Source: Anaerohalosphaeraceae bacterium (GTDB taxonomy: Bacteria; Planctomycetota; Phycisphaerae; Sedimentisphaerales; Anaerohalosphaeraceae). From it: 44,148 bases of DNA. Both the position numbers and the translations under genes were made by a program. The notes under the pieces are model-generated. The model made no database searches. It saw only the letters and a program-made list of their open reading frames with translations, and was not told where the DNA came from. The DNA lies in assembly GCA_050309605.1 (NCBI GenBank), contig JBNRMN010000008.1, positions 1 to 44,148 on the forward strand. Direction: 5' to 3'. Below, piece after piece: positions 42,981 through 44,148 of the stretch (position 1 is its first letter; the number at the start of each line of letters is the position of its first letter).

Positions 42981-44148
42981 ATGAATCGAAGACGATGGAT
43001 GGTATGGTTCTGTTGTCTGGTGCTGGCCACCTTATGGGGGTGCCGGCAGATGACGGCGATCAAGCCGGTTCACCCGGAACGTCTGGATTACTGGGTATTA
43101 CAGTATCACCAGCCGGCCGATGAATGGGTCGAGGCGCTGCCCATCGGCAACGGCCATATGGGGGCGATGGTGTTCGGCCGCACGGCACAGGAGCGCATCC
43201 AGTTTAACGAAGATACGCTGTGGACGGGCCAGCCGCAGGATTACCAGAATCCCGGCGCCGTTGAGGTCTTGCCGGAATTGCGACGCTTGCTTTTCGAGGG
43301 TAAACAACGGGAAGCTGAGCAGTTGGCAATGGAGCGGTTTATGAGCGATCCGCTGCGACAGTGTTCATTTATGCCGTTCGGCGATCTGAATCTGGCCTTT
43401 GACGGCCACGACGAAGTTTCTGATTATCGCCGGTGGCTTGATCTGGATACCGCCTTGACGGGCGTTGCCTACACCGTTGACGGCGTGCGTTATACACGCG
43501 AGGCGTTTGCCTCTTATCCGGGGCGGGTCATTGTGGTGCGGTTGTCCGCCGATACGCCGGGGGCGCTGAACGTTAAGGCGACATTGACCAGTCCGCATCG
43601 CGGCAGCGAACAGTTTGCCGCCGCAGCGGATGTGCTGGGTTTGAAAGGCCGTGTCAGCCAACGCCATGAAAACCAGACTGAAAGCCGTATGACATTTGAA
43701 TCCCGGCTGCATGTTCGCACTGACGGCGGGCGCGTCGAGATTTCAGACGAAGGAGCGGTCATTGCCGGCGCCGACAGTGCCGTGCTTGTGCTGGCGGCGG
43801 CAACGAACTATGTCAATTACGCCGACATTTCCGCCGACCCGGCTCGACGCTGCCGCCGCATTCTCAACGGTGTGCGGAATCTGTCGTATGACCAACTGAA
43901 ACAGCGTCATCTGGCCGATTATCAGGCCCTGTTTAGACGGATGGATATCGACTTGGGACATACTGAAGCGGCCACGTGGGATACGGATGAACGCGTCCGG
44001 CGATTCAAGGGCGGCGATGATCCGCATTTGGCAGCGCTTTATTTTCAGTTTGGCCGGTATTTACTGATTGCCTCCAGTCGTCCCGGCTCCCAGCCGGCCA
44101 ATTTGCAGGGCGTCTGGAACGAATCGCTCACCCCGCCGTGGGGCAGTA
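42981..44148 (+). CDS. Alpha-L-fucosidase (GH95), lipoprotein-type signal, truncated at the window edge
   Basis: Translated by hand from ATG 42981 (GGGAG RBS): LATLWG|C, WVEALPIGNGHMGAMVFG, IQFNEDTLW, YFQFGRYLLIASSRPG, PANLQGVWN. Confidence 0.92.
   Translation, partial: MNRRRWMVWFCCLVLATLWGCRQMTAIKPVHPERLDYWVLQYHQPADEWVEALPIGNGHMGAMVFGRTAQERIQFNEDTLWTGQPQDYQNPGAVEVLPELRRLLFEGKQREAEQLAMERFMSDPLRQCSFMPFGDLNLAFDGHDEVSDYRRWLDLDTALTGVAYTVDGVRYTREAFASYPGRVIVVRLSADTPGALNVKATLTSPHRGSEQFAAAADVLGLKGRVSQRHENQTESRMTFESRLHVRTDGGRVEISDEGAVIAGADSAVLVLAAATNYVNYADISADPARRCRRILNGVRNLSYDQLKQRHLADYQALFRRMDIDLGHTEAATWDTDERVRRFKGGDDPHLAALYFQFGRYLLIASSRPGSQPANLQGVWNESLTPPWGS

Noticed and set aside
1..44148. CRISPR arrays, IS elements, prophage or defence genes
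   Set aside because: I saw no regularly spaced repeats and no transposase, integrase, phage or nuclease motifs

Overview
A 44 kb chromosomal window, most likely from a planctomycete of the Phycisphaerae type (inferred from a prepilin/H-X9-DG 'DUF1559-like' gene, a membrane-anchored coiled-coil/BRCT-like protein and the overall gene content). It holds about 40 CDS and one tRNA-Gly(GCC). There are scattered pentose/deoxyhexose modules: galM-SSS transporter-araB-araD with no araA, a GH51 arabinofuranosidase, a GH43 arabinanase, and AraC/FucI-like isomerase/GH95 fucosidase. LPS genes are lpxL and lpxK-hldE-gmhB-waaF-waaP downstream of icd. Housekeeping genes are sppA, surE, nnrE, ribH-nusB-parA and tig. 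An ECF sigma/zinc anti-sigma pair and two stand-alone receiver proteins are also present. I see no transposase, integrase or CRISPR array. The most interesting unexplained signals: (i) an orphan sigma70 promoter followed by an ~80 nt two-hairpin unit with a terminator between convergent genes (candidate sRNA, 31852-31964); (ii) a coupled operon of a Pol-beta-type nucleotidyltransferase-like protein, a TPM protein and LemA; (iii) a GmhB fused to a Pro-rich linker and two membrane helices; (iv) a lipoyl-less E2 core lacking the catalytic His; (v) terminator-containing structured leaders ahead of tig and of ribH-nusB-parA; (vi) a secreted HEXXH peptidase-Ig-LamG-CBM6 protein. All functional calls come from motif recognition by eye; no searches were run.
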